63,881 bases of DNA from Gracilinanus agilis (GCF_016433145.1 NC_058130.1:696605427-696669307); one strand, 5' to 3'. Positions 24,586-38,640 are shown, counted from the first letter of the stretch. Notes: a model not told the origin generated them from the letters alone. Numbers and translations are program-made.

Positions 24586-26139
24586 TCGAAGTTTGCTTGC
24601 ACGGGCGGGGCGCTACACGAATGGGGGTGGGGGGAGACTAGGGAGGGGATTCGGGTTTGCTGGCGCAGGCGAGGCGGGGCCGTGCATGCGTGGGGGTTGG
24701 GGGAGGTAGAATTGCTTTGTGCTGCTGCATTGAGAGGACCTCACTGGCTGCACCAGGAGCCTGGGGGGTATCTTTCTTTCACACTAGGGCTGCTGTGGAG
24801 GGTAAGAGGGGAGGAGGAGGAATGCTGCTGCTACCTCAACCCTGTAGGACTCCTCTTCCCAGAATCCCCCTTCTCATCACCCCTCCCTTCCCATATTCAT
24901 TCTCACCTTCTCATTGTGGCTTCTCCCTGACCTCTCAGCGACCAGAAATCTCAAACTGCCCCTTCTGCCAGTCTTCTTCAGGCTTTCGTTCATCCTTTCC
25001 CCCCACCTCATCCTTCACCCAGGCTGTCTCTGGGCAGCCAGGGATTTTGGGCACGGCGTAGGTATTCCAGCCCTCCAGGGCTGGGCAGGTGTCCACCAGA
25101 ATAGAAATGGCCCCAGGTAACCTGGGGTGACATTTCCTTACTGAGCCTGGGGCTGAGCTGTGTTGGCGGCTAGAGGCAAATGACACCTGTTCTACTTAGG
25201 CCCTTGGCATCTTTGGTGTCTGCTGCCTACCCTTTTGTGAAGATTGACTCGAAACCTTAGTGGTGCCCAGATCCTGGATCCAGCCTAGAAAATGGGACTC
25301 CGGTTGCAGTGGGAAAGGAGGGTGTTATCTATCCTCTTACCTTGGCCATTCTCACAGACCAAGACTAGTCACTTAATCCTAGAGCCCAGTAGAGGGCAAA
25401 GGGCAGATGATGGGGAGGCTCTTGAATTCTTATTCTAGAGAGTTATGTGTACATACACTGTTCTAATAGGTTCAGTGGCTGGGGAGCAGGGACTTTATAC
25501 ATTTTCTTTATTTCAAGTTTAAACCATTGCCTGATTTCTATTAATTATATTCAATTTATCTTGTATTTTGGGGGCAGCAAGTCATGGAACCTAGCACTCT
25601 GATCCCCCCAAACTTCCCTGCAGGGGGAATTTGATTTCTTCAGTTCTCCCCCATGCTCCCCAGTCTACCTCATGCTGTTTCAGACAGCACATGCCCAAAG
25701 AATTTTTTTGTGTGTGTGTGTGTGTGTCTTGATGGTTTCCAGACGAGTCTGTTACACTGAAAAACCAGTTAAGTCCCAGCAGTTGGTAACATATTGAATG
25801 GTTTGGGGGGCTTCTGACTTCTGAAACTGTCACCTTCCAAACTTACTGACTAGCTGGAGTCAGGATTGGAAACTTACATGGAGGGGGTGATGAGTCTACA
25901 CAATTGGAGTAAAGGGGCAGAATCAGAGGGTTCAATTTGTCATTCTTATTAAGGTCCATTAAAAATAATTTTATTAAATGCTTATATGGGCCAGACATTG
26001 TGCTAGTTACAGGGGATGCAAAGACAAAAAAGAGTCAGTCCTTGCCCTCAAGGAACTTACTTTCTATCAATTATAGGAAGATCCTTAGGGCCTATGATAA
26101 AGGCTATGAGTTTGGTAGTTCATAAAGCCCACAATCATG

Positions 26140-26475
26140 ATCACATGGGTATTTTTTTCTGGCTTTTCTCCATGTCTAGAATGACTTCCCTCCTTGGCAT
26201 GGACTGCTGACTTTTGCTTCCTTTAAGTCCCAACTAAAATCCCACTTTCTACAGGAAACCTTTCCTAACCCCTCTTAATTCCAGTGCTTTCCTTCTTTTA
26301 CTCAAATCCTGTATAAAGCTTGCTTTGTGTATATTTGTTTGTATGTTGTCTCCCCCATTAGATTACAAGCTCCTTGAAGGCAGGGACTGTCTTTTACCTC
26401 TTTTTGTATCCCCAGCTCTTAGCATAGGGCCTGGCATACAGTAGGTACTTAATAAAAGTTTATCAAATTGAATTG
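26140..26475 (+). mobile_element. L2 LINE 3' end
   Basis: cccactttctacaggaaacc...agctccttgaaggcaggga...cctggcatacagtaggtacttaataaa...ttgaattga. Confidence 0.8.
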
Positions 26476-26764
26476 AGGAGTTGATTTGATTCCCCTTATA
26501 TCCTGTGGTCATCTATTTTGGTCTTTGATCATGTGCATTCACTGTGCCTGCAATGACTACCTCTTTGCCTCCACTGACCTTCCATCTTGTTATATGGTGG
26601 TTTGGCATGGTGTCTGGTGACATGGTATAATGATTCTGAACTCTGAATCAAGTAACCCATGTTTGAATCTCAGTGGAACATTTTTGATGCTGATATGTTT
26701 TTCCAAAATATCCTCTGTGAAAAGCAACTTGCATGAAGCAGGAATAATTAATCTTTTTTTTTGT

Positions 26765-26925
26765 GTGTGTTGTGGATGCCTTTGGCAGTCTAGTGAAGTT
26801 TATGAGTCTGTTCTCAGAATAATGTTTTTAAATGCACCAAATAAAATTCACAGGATTAGCAAAAGAAGCTAAATTTTATTGATATAAAGCTATTAAAATA
26901 ATTTTCAAAAGTTCATGGACCCCAA
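26765..26925. mobile_element. MER5A-like hAT-Charlie MITE fragment
   Basis: cctttggcagtctagtgaag...ttctcagaataatgtttttaaatgca...gttcatggacccc; a related piece is at ~29805-29880. Confidence 0.65.
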
Positions 26926-27420
26926 GTTGGTTGTTGTACTCAAAGGGGGGACCAAAGTGACATCGTTTATGATGTTTTTCCACTTGAACATAAATTGAAG
27001 TTAAGTGAGGCAGAGTTTCACAAAGTCTTCAGTCTCACTATCTCTTCCAGAGTTATCTAGGTTTAGTGGCAAAACAGAAATCAAGGTGACTGGTGATTGC
27101 TCTGGATGCAATGGATGACCTTGGTTTTTTCAGTGTCTATCAAGCTCTAAGCACTCCACATCTTCTGCATCCACTGCCTTTGTGACCATGGGAACAAATT
27201 GTTGTCATCCACCCTTTCTGGCTGGGGAAGTCTTCACATGCCTGGGATAGACATCCCCCCAATTCATCCACAGGCTTGATTCCAGTCAGTTATTCTTGAG
27301 TATGTTTAGTCTGCCTGCTAAGACAGTTTTACTGGACTGTGGACTCTCTACGTGCTACAACTTCTTGGAGCACAAATGAGAGCTGGATGGGAGATAGATA
27401 CCAAAGAGGGAAAGCAGCCC
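26926..27420 (-). mobile_element. RTE-related marsupial element (WALLSI4-like)
   Basis: Reverse complement of the 51870-52300 copy (shared gaagtcttcacatgc, gaggcagagttt, gatgaccttgg). Family name is from memory. Confidence 0.6.
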
Positions 27421-27894
27421 TGAAAAGGGCTCAGCAAACCCACATACCACAAGTGCTGGTCTTCCTCAACCATCTCATATACCCCAAGTTATGAACCCTT
27501 GGAATAGAGGAAAATGGATGTGGAAAATCAGATCTGGGTTTAAATTCTGCCTCTGATATTTATGACCTGTCTGAGCAAGTGATTTCCTCATACTCCACTT
27601 CCCCAGCCTCAATTTCCTCCTCTATAAAGAGGGGCTGGACTAGATAATTTCCAAGTGCACTCATTGCTTTCTTTATTAGAAGCAGCTAGGTGGTGAACCT
27701 GAGTTTGATTTTTGTACCAAACACTTGGTGTGACTCTGGGCAAGTCACTTCATCTGTATTTGCCTCAGTTTCCTCAGCTGTAAAATGTGGACCATAATTT
27801 CACCTCCCTTCCAGAATTGTTGGAAGGCTCAAATGAGATAATATTTGTAAAGCACTTAACATAGTGCCTGGCACATAGGCAGCTTATTTTTTTT

Positions 27895-28280
27895 TTATTT
27901 TATAATCCTTACCTTCTGTCTTAGTATCAGTTCTTCTTCTTTTTTTTAATTAAAAAAAAAAAAACCCTTACCTTCTGTTTTGGAGTCAATACTGTGTATT
28001 GACTCTAAGGCAGAAGAGTGGTAAAGGCTAGGCAGTGAGGGTTAAGTACTTGCCCAGGGTCACACAGCTAGGAAGTGTGTGAGGCCAAATTTGAACCTAG
28101 GACCTCCTGTCTCTAGGCCTGGCTCTCAATCCACTGAGCCACCCAGCTGCCACCCTTAGTATCAGTTCTAAGGCAGAAGAAAGGCAAGGGCTAGGCAACT
28201 GGAATTATCTGACTTGCCAAAGTCTATAGCTAGGAAGTATCCGAGGTGAGATTTGAACTCAGGTTCTCCTGACTTCAGTC
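27895..28280 (-). mobile_element. SINE nested in a SINE nested in a MIR
   Basis: Inner SINE 27935-28154 flanked by 15-bp TSD cttagtatcagttct (27920-27934, 28155-28169); the outer SINE interrupts a MIR that resumes at gtaggtacataataaatgc. Confidence 0.85.
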
Positions 28281-28749
28281 CTAGCAACGTAGGTACATAA
28301 TAAATGCATGTTTCTTTCCTTTCTTGCTGTTCAGAGAAGTCAGTGGCCCCACCAAACCCGTCAATATGTAACCTCTACAGCTATCTTTCTGATAGACTAG
28401 AGCTAAAAGCCAACTCTAAGTGAAGTTCTGATGTTTTTCTCTACTCTTTTCTTGTTTCCTTTTCCTGGACTTGCTCATTAGGGACCTTGTGCCCTAGTAC
28501 TCTTCATTCCCTACCCCACTGTCAAAATTTGAAAGGATCTGAAATGACCATCTGCTGGTCAATTGGCTGAATGACTATACCTTGGCTGACTGCCATTCTC
28601 AGTGAAATCTTAACCTTACCTAATGGTTTGCATTAAAACTTTTAGCTCTGATTGTAAGATGAAAAGCTTTATCCTTAGGTGATCATTTAAATAGTGTCAG
28701 GAGGGACTTGTACAATCTCAGAAGACCAGGTCAGTCTACCGTGGAGAGA

Positions 28750-29040
28750 GTTATCCTCAGGATCATAGCATCTAAGTTGGAAGGAATCACAGAAGCCATC
28801 AAGTTCTACCTGCCACTGAATAAGATTTCCTTTGAGAATATCACCAACGAGAGGACTTCTAACCTTCCCTTGAAGATCTCTTGCTATGGGTAACTTACTA
28901 CCTCTTGAGGCAAGCCAAATTGTTAATTTTCTCCTTGTAGAAAGCCTAATACTATTTCTTCTTTTCTCTAGGTAAATTGACCTAGATTGCCAGGTTCCCA
29001 AAGGTAAATAAGGTTGGCTGGCAGGGTGCTGAATGTTCTT
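28750..29040 (-). mobile_element. L3/CR1 3' fragment
   Basis: atcatagcatctaagttggaaggaatc...ttgaagatctc...actacctcttgaggcaagcc, antisense CR1 3' end. Confidence 0.6.
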
Positions 29041-31429
29041 AGCCATACTCTACTAATACATGCAAGGAATGGAAATCTATATTGACACATGACCAACAAA
29101 GACAACCACTCAACCAGCATTTTTAAAGCTCCTACTACATGTTTGGGCTGGAGCTTTAAAGAATAGTGGAATTATCCCTGGCCCAAAAGGCTGTATCTTT
29201 TATAATAAAATCGCAGATCTTTGACGTATTAGATTAAGAAGTAGAAAGACCATTGGATTTGGAGACATAGATCATAGGAATCAGGGCTGGAAGGGATCTT
29301 GGAGTTCATCTACTCTGATCCCCTCATTTTACAATGAAGAACTTGAAGCTCTCAGAGGTGGAATGACTTCTACAAGGTCAATGAAGTTCTAGGTAGCAGA
29401 GCCAAGATTCAAACCTAGGTTTTTGGACCCTAAACATAGTGCCTTTGTCATTGGGCATCCTGGGCATCTGACCCCCAATTATAATAATTGCTAACAACCA
29501 TATTGCACTTACAATATGTCAGTCGCTATCTTAATTGATCTATATAACAGCCCTGGGAGGTAGGTGCTATTATTATTAGCCTTTTACAGTTGAGGAAATC
29601 GAGGCAGACAGAGGTAGTGAATTGCTCAGGGTCACACAGCTAGTGTGTGTCTGAGGCCGGATTTGAACTTCCCGTTTCAAAGCCCAATGCTCTATCCACC
29701 GTGCCCACTGAATTAGCCTCACTAAGGAACTGACTTTGAGTCCTGACTCCGCTACTGTTATGACTTTGGGAAAAAGTCACTCCTTTCTTGGCCAAGAGTC
29801 AGAGACCCCTTTGGCAGGCTGGTGAAACCTGTGGACCCCTTCTCAGGATAATATTTATATTCTTTTAAAGTGTGTACTTTAAAAAAATCGTGTTTTTTCC
29901 TGATTGCCGATGAAACAATTTTTAGCATTTGTTTTTTGACATCTTGTGATCCAAATCCTCTCTGTTCTTCCTCTCCCCCTTCCCCAAGATGGCAAGCAAT
30001 ATTATATATGTTATACATATGCTATCATGTATGAGGTATTTCCATATTCGTTACGTTGTGAAAGAAGACACACGTAAGATAATATTTTTAAAATAATGCT
30101 TAAGGATTGCAAAGAAAATCTGTTTTGCTGAAATGCAGTTATATGAATATTTTAAAAATAAGCTGTCAGGCTTCAGGTTATGAACTCTTGCCAGAAGATA
30201 AGCTCTTTGAAGATAGGCACTGTGGTTTTTGCCTTGGTAGTGCTAGCACCTTGCATAGTGATTTGCAAACAGTAGGCACCAAATGTGCTGTGCAGGTCCA
30301 GGGAGAGGAGCCTATTTATTCTTCAGTATAATTCCTTGAATGTTTGATGAGTAAGGTATATGGGGAAAGGAACTTTGAACTTGGGGGTCACAAAACCTGA
30401 GTTCAGATCCTGACTCTGTACCTACTGTGTGCCAGATACTTTGCTGAGGGAAAGGCAAAACAAGGAGCTCACAGTTTAGTGGGGGAGCCAATGTGGATGA
30501 TTCTGTATTGCCTCAGTTCTCTTATAAATTGTGAAACCCGACCAGAAGATAGGATTAAACCTGTCCTTGAAACATGTTGTATTTTTACATAAATGGCCAA
30601 TAGCACGCTTTGCTTTTTTATAATCACATAGAGAAGATATTTTTTAAAATAAAGGAAAAAATGCAAAAAAAAAAATCTCCAAAGGAGATCTACCCAGGAT
30701 GCTAGAGGCTTTCTTCTGGGTCTTTTTGTTTTTAAACTCTGTGAGTATGAGTATAGTACTTTGTTAGTTTTCCAGGCAACAGGAGTTGGCATTCTGTATC
30801 TGAAGCAGGAAGACCTGAGTTCAAATCTTACCCTAGATACTTACTAGTTGTACGACCATGGGCAAGTCACTTAACCTCAGTCTGCCTCAGTTTCCTCATC
30901 TGTAAAATGAGGATAATAATAGCACTTACCTCCCAGGGTTGGCAATGAAGATAAAAAAAAAAAAAGGAGATGGTATTTGTAAAGTGCTTTGCAAACCTTA
31001 AAGCATTAATTAGCCCTTGTTATATGATTGACTCATCTCTTTTCCCAGTCAAGCATATTTTGTGGTGATATTCCTTATGCCACTTTTGCTTGGAGTTCCT
31101 TTTTGGAAATAATTCTATCACCCACTTATGCTTATCATGTATGTCTTCATTGCCTTTCAGGCAAATGGTTCAATGAAGGTTATGCAATGTGGTGCCATGT
31201 AACTAGTCATCAAAGGTATTGCTGCTACCATGGAGGATGTCCTTTGTAGAGTCCAAAAGGAAAAAGGAATCCCCTGGTAAAGTCCTCGACTTGACTTTGT
31301 GTTGATTTCATTGATCATTCCCTCCTGTTTTCCCCAAACTCTATAACTGTTTCTTTTTTTTAAATTTAAATTCTGTAACTGTTTCTGTGAGAACCAGGAC
31401 CACTTAAAAGAGGGGGGCTAGTGATCCAT

Positions 31430-31620
31430 ATAGGAATATGTGAATAAAGGCTCTGTAGCCAGACACCAAAAAAGGTCCAAAAATGGAATAAAAGGGAAGA
31501 GACTGGGCTAAATTGTATTTGGGGATCTGAGAAATGCTTTTAAGAATCTATGGCTGCTCCCTGACACAAAGCTCCATGGTTTTTAACATAAGTTTTCTCT
31601 GGGTGAATTATGAAATAGTC
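31430..31620 (+). mobile_element. RTE LINE fragment
   Basis: Aligns by eye with the reverse complement of 8513-8782 (gaataaaagggaaga...cctgacacaaagctccat). Confidence 0.55.
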
Positions 31621-34319
31621 TTTGAAGACTCAAATAATAAAACTAACTTAAAGTGCTTTTTGCCTGTTATCTCTTGATTCTCAAAATTTGCTTGAGGAAG
31701 GTAGAAGGCATATTTTTACCTCATACAAATTAGGAAACTGAGGCTTAGGAGACTGAATGGTTTGCCTGAAGTCACATGGCTTAAAAGCGTTGGAGATAGG
31801 CTTGCATCACACCAGATCTCCTGAGCCTCTAGTTCAGGGGTCCTTATACTATACCAGGTGACAATCACTTCTTTTCTCTTGCTGCTTATATTCATCCTTC
31901 CTTTTTCCTTTCTTCTTCTCTGTAATCCCTTCTAAAGGCCTACCTTTATTTATACAGTGGACTCTTTTCTGAAAAGTTGCAAGGAAATTAAATTATCTTA
32001 TAAGTGAAATAAAATGTTTACTCCTGCAATATTACCATTGTAAATGAAAACTTTCTTCTATCTGTTGATTTGAAATTTCTGTACCTGGGACAGATGTTTC
32101 CAAAGTTTGGTGTTTGGATTTTTTAATGTTGGGCTTTTAAAAATGGAGCTTAGGGGAGGCCTGAGAGTATGTCTGTATCCATTCTTCTTCCTTTCTTTGT
32201 TTATTCAGTCTTTTCTGCTGATACCTTGCCTTAGGAGTTCCCTGCTCTTTATTCCAAAGTCACCTGAGTGGGCTATGAAGAATTCTGAGAGGTACTAATT
32301 GAAAAGAAGGCTTTGGTAGATTCGTAGAGATGTTACAGGGAATGTCAAGGAGCACCAGAGCTAGCTACAGGGTCATTAGGAGTTTATGGAAGGGAATGTA
32401 GAGATCTTCAAGGCCAACTTCATCATTCTGCAAATGTGGAAAAGGAGGTTGAGGCAGGTTAAGTGATTTGTCCCTAGTCTAAGGTTTGATTTGAATCCAG
32501 ATCTTCCTGCTTCTCTGTCACACAGCTAGGAAGTATCTGGAATAGAATTTGCACTCGGATCTTCATGTTCATTGCTCTGTCCCCTAATGCTACCTTCTAA
32601 ACCCCCTTTGTTATGAATGATCTCTTTCTTTGTGGATTCCATCTACAAAGAGGTTTGTTTGCATCCTCTGATGAATTTACACTTAAAAGATCTGGCATTG
32701 GAAGCTGCTTCAGAGAGAATTTAATATAACCTCTCTGGTTTTATTGATGAGCAAACTAGGGTTGGGGTGGGTGGTGCCTGGGAATGACTTGCTCAGGATC
32801 TCATAGTAAGTGATTGATCCAACATTTGTGGATTCCAGTTCTGACTCTGAACCCAGGGCTCCTTACACTCTATCACCTTTTCACATACAGCTGACAATTT
32901 TTATTCATGCATGCATTTTCTGGTCTTAGGTGGGCAACAGCCTTTTATTAAGCACTTTATGTGTCAGGCATTGTGTTAAGCATCGGGAAGACAGTTCTTG
33001 CTATGGAGGAACTTTCATTCTAATGAGGAAAGATACATAAAAAGGAAGCTATTCCACTTTTATGTTTCTTTGCTCGTACCAGATAGATTTGAAGAACAAC
33101 TTGTGTGTGTCCACCTTCAGGGAAAGAACTGATGGGTAGGAACAAGCAAGACATAGTTTTTGATATGCCTGAATCTTTTTGTCAAATGATGCCTTCCTTG
33201 ATGCAGGGAGGGAAGAAAGGAAGAAACCTGGTATTTTAATGTAACAAATAAATTAATTAATTTAAAAAAGGGAAGCTACAAAGAGGGGAGGAGAAGGTAC
33301 CCATAGAGCCAGAAAGACAGCCAGGAGGGGAGTAAAACATGGCCAGCCTGGACCTGTCCCCAAAATGGAAGCCTGAAAAGAACTCACCAGTGGGAGAAGG
33401 GGACCAGAAAGACATTCCAGTGTGAGAAGGCTTCAGATGTTGAAGGAAGTTCCAGTTCCTACATCAGACACTAAATTCCATGAAAGTCTTAGTTAAAGTT
33501 TGGATCCCCACCATTGTCTGAGGAGAGTGCCTGGCATATAGAACAAATGCTGAATTAATTCATCCTATAGATTCCCCACTTTCAGAAAGAGGACAAAGAG
33601 ATTCCTCTATAGAAGAATGATGTCAAATTTGGGACAACTTAGCTGCCAGGTGCCATTGATAATACTCCTGATTTTGGCCTGAATCAATTTAAAAAGGGGC
33701 AGCTAAGTAGCACACTGGAAAGAGTGCCAGACTTGGTGTCAGGAGCACTTGGGTTCAAATTTGTCCTCAGACACTCCTTATCTGTTTGATTCTGTGCAAG
33801 TCATTTAACCCCAACTACCTAGCCCTTACCACTCATGCCTTAGAGTTCATACTTTGTATTGATTCTAAGATAGATGGTAAGTGCTAAAAAAATGTAATTG
33901 GGAAATAGTTTAGCAAAGTAAATAAGCATCAATAAAACAAAGGTAACATTAGGTTTGAAAATCAAGTCTGTTTTTGCCAGCAGAGATTCCTTTTCTGTGG
34001 CTCACTTGGCCCCGTTTCTCCTTGAGTCTGACAGCCCTGCTATAGGGCTGAACTAAGCTCCTGTTTGTTGTTTGACTGATAGAAGATTTCATCTTGTTTC
34101 AGAGGCTCTGATGGCTGGAGATCAGGCTCTGTCTGCCTTCAGAAACTCCCAGCCTTACACTTGATCTTTTTAAGTAACCCCTTTTATTGATGCTTTTAAA
34201 AAGTTTACTTTGTTGTCAGTTTCCCCATGGAATCCTTTCTTGTAACAAATTAGCTACAATTAAGCAAAGCACACAGAGACACTAATGATGACTGGCAGCC
34301 TATGTCTCATTCTGTATCT

Positions 34320-34570
34320 GCAGCTACAGTACAGTGAATAGAGTGTGGGGTCTGGAGTCAGGAAGACTTTGTCCCCAGTTCAAATCCTAATCCAGACACT
34401 TTACTAGTAGCTCTGTGACCCTGGACAAGTCATTTAACCATCTTTGCCTCAGTTTCCTTATCTGTAAAACAAGTTGGAGAAGGAAATGGCAAACCACTAC
34501 AGTATCTTTGCCCAGAAAATCCCAAATGGGGTCCCCAAGAGTTGGACACAACTGAAACAACAGAATGACA
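34320..34570 (+). mobile_element. MAR1-type SINE, near full length
   Basis: tRNA-like head, MIR core gcctcagtttccttatctgtaaa, BovB/RTE-like tail ggagaaggaaatggcaaaccactacagtatctttgcc...tggacacaactgaaacaac. Confidence 0.85.
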
Positions 34571-36719
34571 AGTTCATTACTTCTTCAGGCCTGTCTAGAG
34601 GTAGGAGGATTCCTTCACCTGTCCAGAAGTGGTGTATTATTAGTACTTTGGAGTCAAGCTTAAGATCTGAACCCTGTAGTCTTCTAGTGGTGTTTTTGGT
34701 TATGTGGATGTGGTCAATTGAGCATATTGTCGCCATGGTTCAATTTAATTTGTTGTATATGAAGCCATATCATTTTCCTCTTTCCCCCAAAATCCTGCAT
34801 GTTTATCATTTCTTGTAGAGCAGTAATATTCTATGACATTCCTAGAACTCAGTTTGTTGAGCCATTTTCCAGTTGGGCATGACTCACTTTCTTCTCATTC
34901 ACAACGGGCATTTACTAAGTACCTACCAATTGGTCAGGCACTGTCCTAGGCACAAGGGATATGCAGAATTGAGATGGCTCTTTATCTCAAGAAGATTACT
35001 ACATTCTAGTAAGGAGGGAGAAGGGACAAGGTTTTCAGATAATATATATTATATATAATAAATGTATAATTCCATATTGAATGAAGACACAGTATTTGGA
35101 GGGGAGAATTCTTTGCTACTCTGTTCTGCTGTATTTTGATATATAGGGAACTTCTCCATGAATTCCTTGTAGGATATATAAGCCTCCTTCTTCACCCCCA
35201 ATGGAATTCCTAGGGTAGATGGTATAAACAATTTGGACCCTTTTCTAGTGTAGTTCCAAGTTGTTTCCTCGTCTCACTTCTGAAGTCAAGAAGATCTGAG
35301 TTTAAATCCAGCCTCAGACACTAGGTATAGGACCCTGAGCAAGCTATTTAACCTTATATGCCTCAGTTTCTTTATCTGCAAAATGGAGATAATAAGAACA
35401 CCTACCTCCCAATTTTGTTGTGAGGATAAAATGAGTTAATATTTATAGATTTTGCAAACCTTAAAGCCATATATAAATGATAGTTGTTATTACTACTTTT
35501 ATACTTCCCTGTTGGCTTTGGCTTCTTTTGAGAGTTTAAGAGAATAAAGAGATAAAAGAGATACTGAAGATTTCTATGAACTGTCAATGTCTGCTGGGAT
35601 GTCATCCTGCTTACCCTGCAGATACCACTCTTGGCCCCTGCACCAAGACATGAAAAAGCCTGAGAAGATAGATTCTGAATAAGTCCCTTGGGGGTGACAC
35701 TAGCAGAATGTGGGCTCTGTCATCCATTTAGTGGTGATAAAGGGATGAGGAATGATGGTATAGACTCGTTTTAGCATCTCAATTGGTCTTTTTAATACTG
35801 GTTCCTTCCCTGGTCTCTTTGTTGCTTCTTATGTGATAGATGTTTGCTGATAAGTGAGTCGGGGTAATGTTGAGCTTCTTATGGCCCTCCTTCCTTTAAT
35901 TTCCCAGAGGTCATGGTTAAAACTGAGGGTCATGGTGTCATTAACTGGGTTGTTTAAGGACCACAAGGTTTAGAGTTGGAGGGGATCTTAGAGGTTGTGT
36001 AGTTCAGTTTCTTTGCTACAGGAGGAGATTCAGAGCCAGTGAAGAAGGACAGGGGTTTACCTGAGATCATATAGTAAATTTTGGACTCTCAGAAAGAATA
36101 AGGCAGTTTCCCCTCCTGTCCTTAAGTAGGCACATAGCCATTTCTGAGGGTTTTTTTTTTTTTAAAGAATGGATGTTGCTGCTTATAACCAAAGGGAAAC
36201 AGATGGGTTAAAACAACAAACACGAAGGCATTCAAGAGATTTTAAAAACATTTGAATAATGGTTCTGGGACCCTGACCGAACTGGAATGTTAGACTGACT
36301 TTCTTGCCTCTTCTTTTTTTTAATTCCCATCCTGGCCCTTCCCCACTCAGAATTTGGCTCCTTATATGAGGATCATTTACAGGAAATAGGTATGTCTAGC
36401 CTGGAGAAAAGGATAAATGAATGAAAGAAAATGTATTTTGTGCTTACTATGCACTAAGTAATGAAGATACTAATAAAACATTCTATTAGGGAAGAGAAGA
36501 TATTTATCTATCTATATGTACATATATACATATATCCACATGTGTGTTTGTGTGGATTTTTTTCTATGTATGTCGATAGATAGCTAGTTAGATGAATGGA
36601 TAGAAATCAGATAGAAAGATCCAGTGATTCTGAGGGTACATCAGTAAAGCAGATAGAAGTGTCTAATTTTCATATCATTTCTACTGGCAAAACTGTATCC
36701 ATTTCTGATTAAAGGAAGA

Positions 36720-37190
36720 GAAAAAAGGAAATATATATAAACAAAAATATTTTAGCAGCTTTTTGTTATAACAAAGAACTGGAAACTGAAAGAGTACCCA
36801 TCAAAATGAAGAATGACTGAACAAATTAGGGCCTATGAATATAAATGATAAAAGGCATGAAAACCTGAGAATACTTAGATAAGAAGAACCCGGAAAATAA
36901 TAACTCTGAAGATTGAGAACTTGGTTGATTACAATGATAACCATGATTCTAGAGGTCTAATGATGAAGTACATACTGTTTGCTTCCTAATGGGGGATGCA
37001 CTCCAGTTGCAGAAACCTTTTCAGATGTAATCAATGTGGGAATTTGTTTTGCATAAATAAGTACATTTGTTCTAAGGGCTCCCTCTTTCTCCTTCATTTT
37101 TTTGGGGGGGAAGTAGAAGGAAAGAGGGACTAGTAATTGGACTGGGAAAAAATAGAAAAGAGCCTTTTTTCAAATGTTCTTGAAGCATTA
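36720..37190 (+). mobile_element. L1 ORF2 C-terminus and 3' UTR fragment
   Basis: caaaaatattttagcagctttttgttataacaaagaactggaaactg...gaatgactgaacaaatt corresponds to the AALF..AKNWK...EWLNKL motif. Confidence 0.75.
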
Positions 37191-37854
37191 AAGCATTTTT
37201 ATTTTTTATTTTGTTCATTCATTCATTTATTTGTTTGTTTTTAAACTGTGTATCAGTTCCAAGGCAGAAGAGCGCTAAGGGCTGAGTAATGGGGGTCAGT
37301 GACTTGCCCAGGGTCACACAGCTGAGAAGTGTCTGAGGTCAGATTTGAACCCAGGACCTCCTGTCTTTAGGCCTAGCTCTCTATCCACTGAGCCACTCAG
37401 CTGACCCCTGAATCATTTTTTAAAACTGTCCAGGGGAGAACATAAGGAATGGCAGAAGCAAACAGGATAGCTTTGAAAGGGACTTGTCTAGTTTTTTATG
37501 AACTTAAAAGGAAAAGCAAACTTTATATAATAGATTCAGAGTTTTTGTATAATCCTTGTTTCCTATTCTACTTTCTATATGGAAATGTTCACTTTATTGG
37601 ATGTCTAAGTTCAGACTAATTAAAAAAAATAATTTAGGCAGATGTTAATGAAGGTTGGGTGGTGGCCATGGGAATTGAGAATACAAGATTTTTTGCATTG
37701 AAGGTGGGAAAGTTTTCAGAGGACTTGGGTTTTTTTTCTATGGTGGTAAACTTTGACACTTAATTGCCAGTGTGACTTTGAACAAATCATTTCATTTCTG
37801 TGGGACTTCACATTCCTAATCTAAAATAAAAACATTTGATTAGATGACCTATAA

Positions 37855-38077
37855 CAATGTTGGCAAACCTTTTAGAGACTTTGTGCCCAAATTGCACCTT
37901 CAAGCTGCCTAAGTCACCTGCATTACCCTAGAGAGCAGAGGGAAGAAGTGCTTGCATTGGGTGGCTGGACAGAGGGGTGGGGCAAGCAAAAAATGTCCTC
38001 AAGCATGGTGGAGAAGGGGAACAGAACAGCCCCCACTAGCAGGCTGGGGCATGTGTGCTACCCTTTTACCAACATAG
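37855..38077. mobile_element. Older hAT-like MITE
   Basis: Degenerate TIRs caatgttggcaaacct and ccttttaccaacatag; no convincing TSD. Confidence 0.45.
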
Positions 38078-38149
38078 CGGGCCCATAAGATCCCTTAAAT
38101 CTTCAGTTCTGTGATCCTTTGTTCCTGAGAGAGACAATGTGGTAGTGTC

Positions 38150-38640
38150 AAAGACCCTTTATTGAAAATAGTTTTTTTTATTGCATTATGGTCAGAAAAG
38201 GATGCATTTTATATTTCTGCCTTTTGTGCATTTGTTTATGAAATTTTTATGCACTAATAATATATAATCAGTTTTTGTGATGGTGCCATGCACAGCTAAG
38301 AAATAGCTATATTCTTTTTATCCCCATTAAAAGTTATTTAGAGGTCTATGATATCTAATTTTCTGAAGTTCTATTTATTTCCTGAACTTCTTTCTTGTTT
38401 GTTTTATAGTTAGATTTACCTGGGGTTGAGAGGGGGTAATTAAGATCCTTTTCTATTATAGTTTTACTGTGTGTTTTTTCCTAGAACTCATTTAACTTTT
38501 CCTTCAAGAATTTTGATGCGATCCCATTTGGTACATATATGTTCAGTATTTATATTATTAATTCATTTTTGATGATACCTTTTTAGCAAATTATAGATTT
38601 CCTAATCATATATTTTAGTTAAGTCTGTTTTTACTTTTGT
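38150..38640 (-). mobile_element. L1 ORF2 endonuclease-domain fragment
   Basis: Reverse complement contains gaccataatgcaataa (DHNAI, end of the L1 endonuclease) and catggcaccatcacaaaaactgat (HGTITKTD). Confidence 0.8.

Larger units (their letters stand above)
23530..24700 (+). promoter_or_regulatory. CpG-island promoter of an unidentified gene
   Basis: Dense CpG/GC. Exact EGR sites gcgtgggcg (23607-23615) and cgcccccgc (23742-23750), RBPJ/CSL site ttcccacg (23736-23743), NRF1-like gcgcgtgcg (23680-23688), GC boxes, weak TATA-like ctatag (~23789). Confidence 0.85.

Noticed and set aside
28687-29046. 119-aa minus-strand ORF
   Set aside because: Coincides with a decayed CR1/L3 3' fragment.
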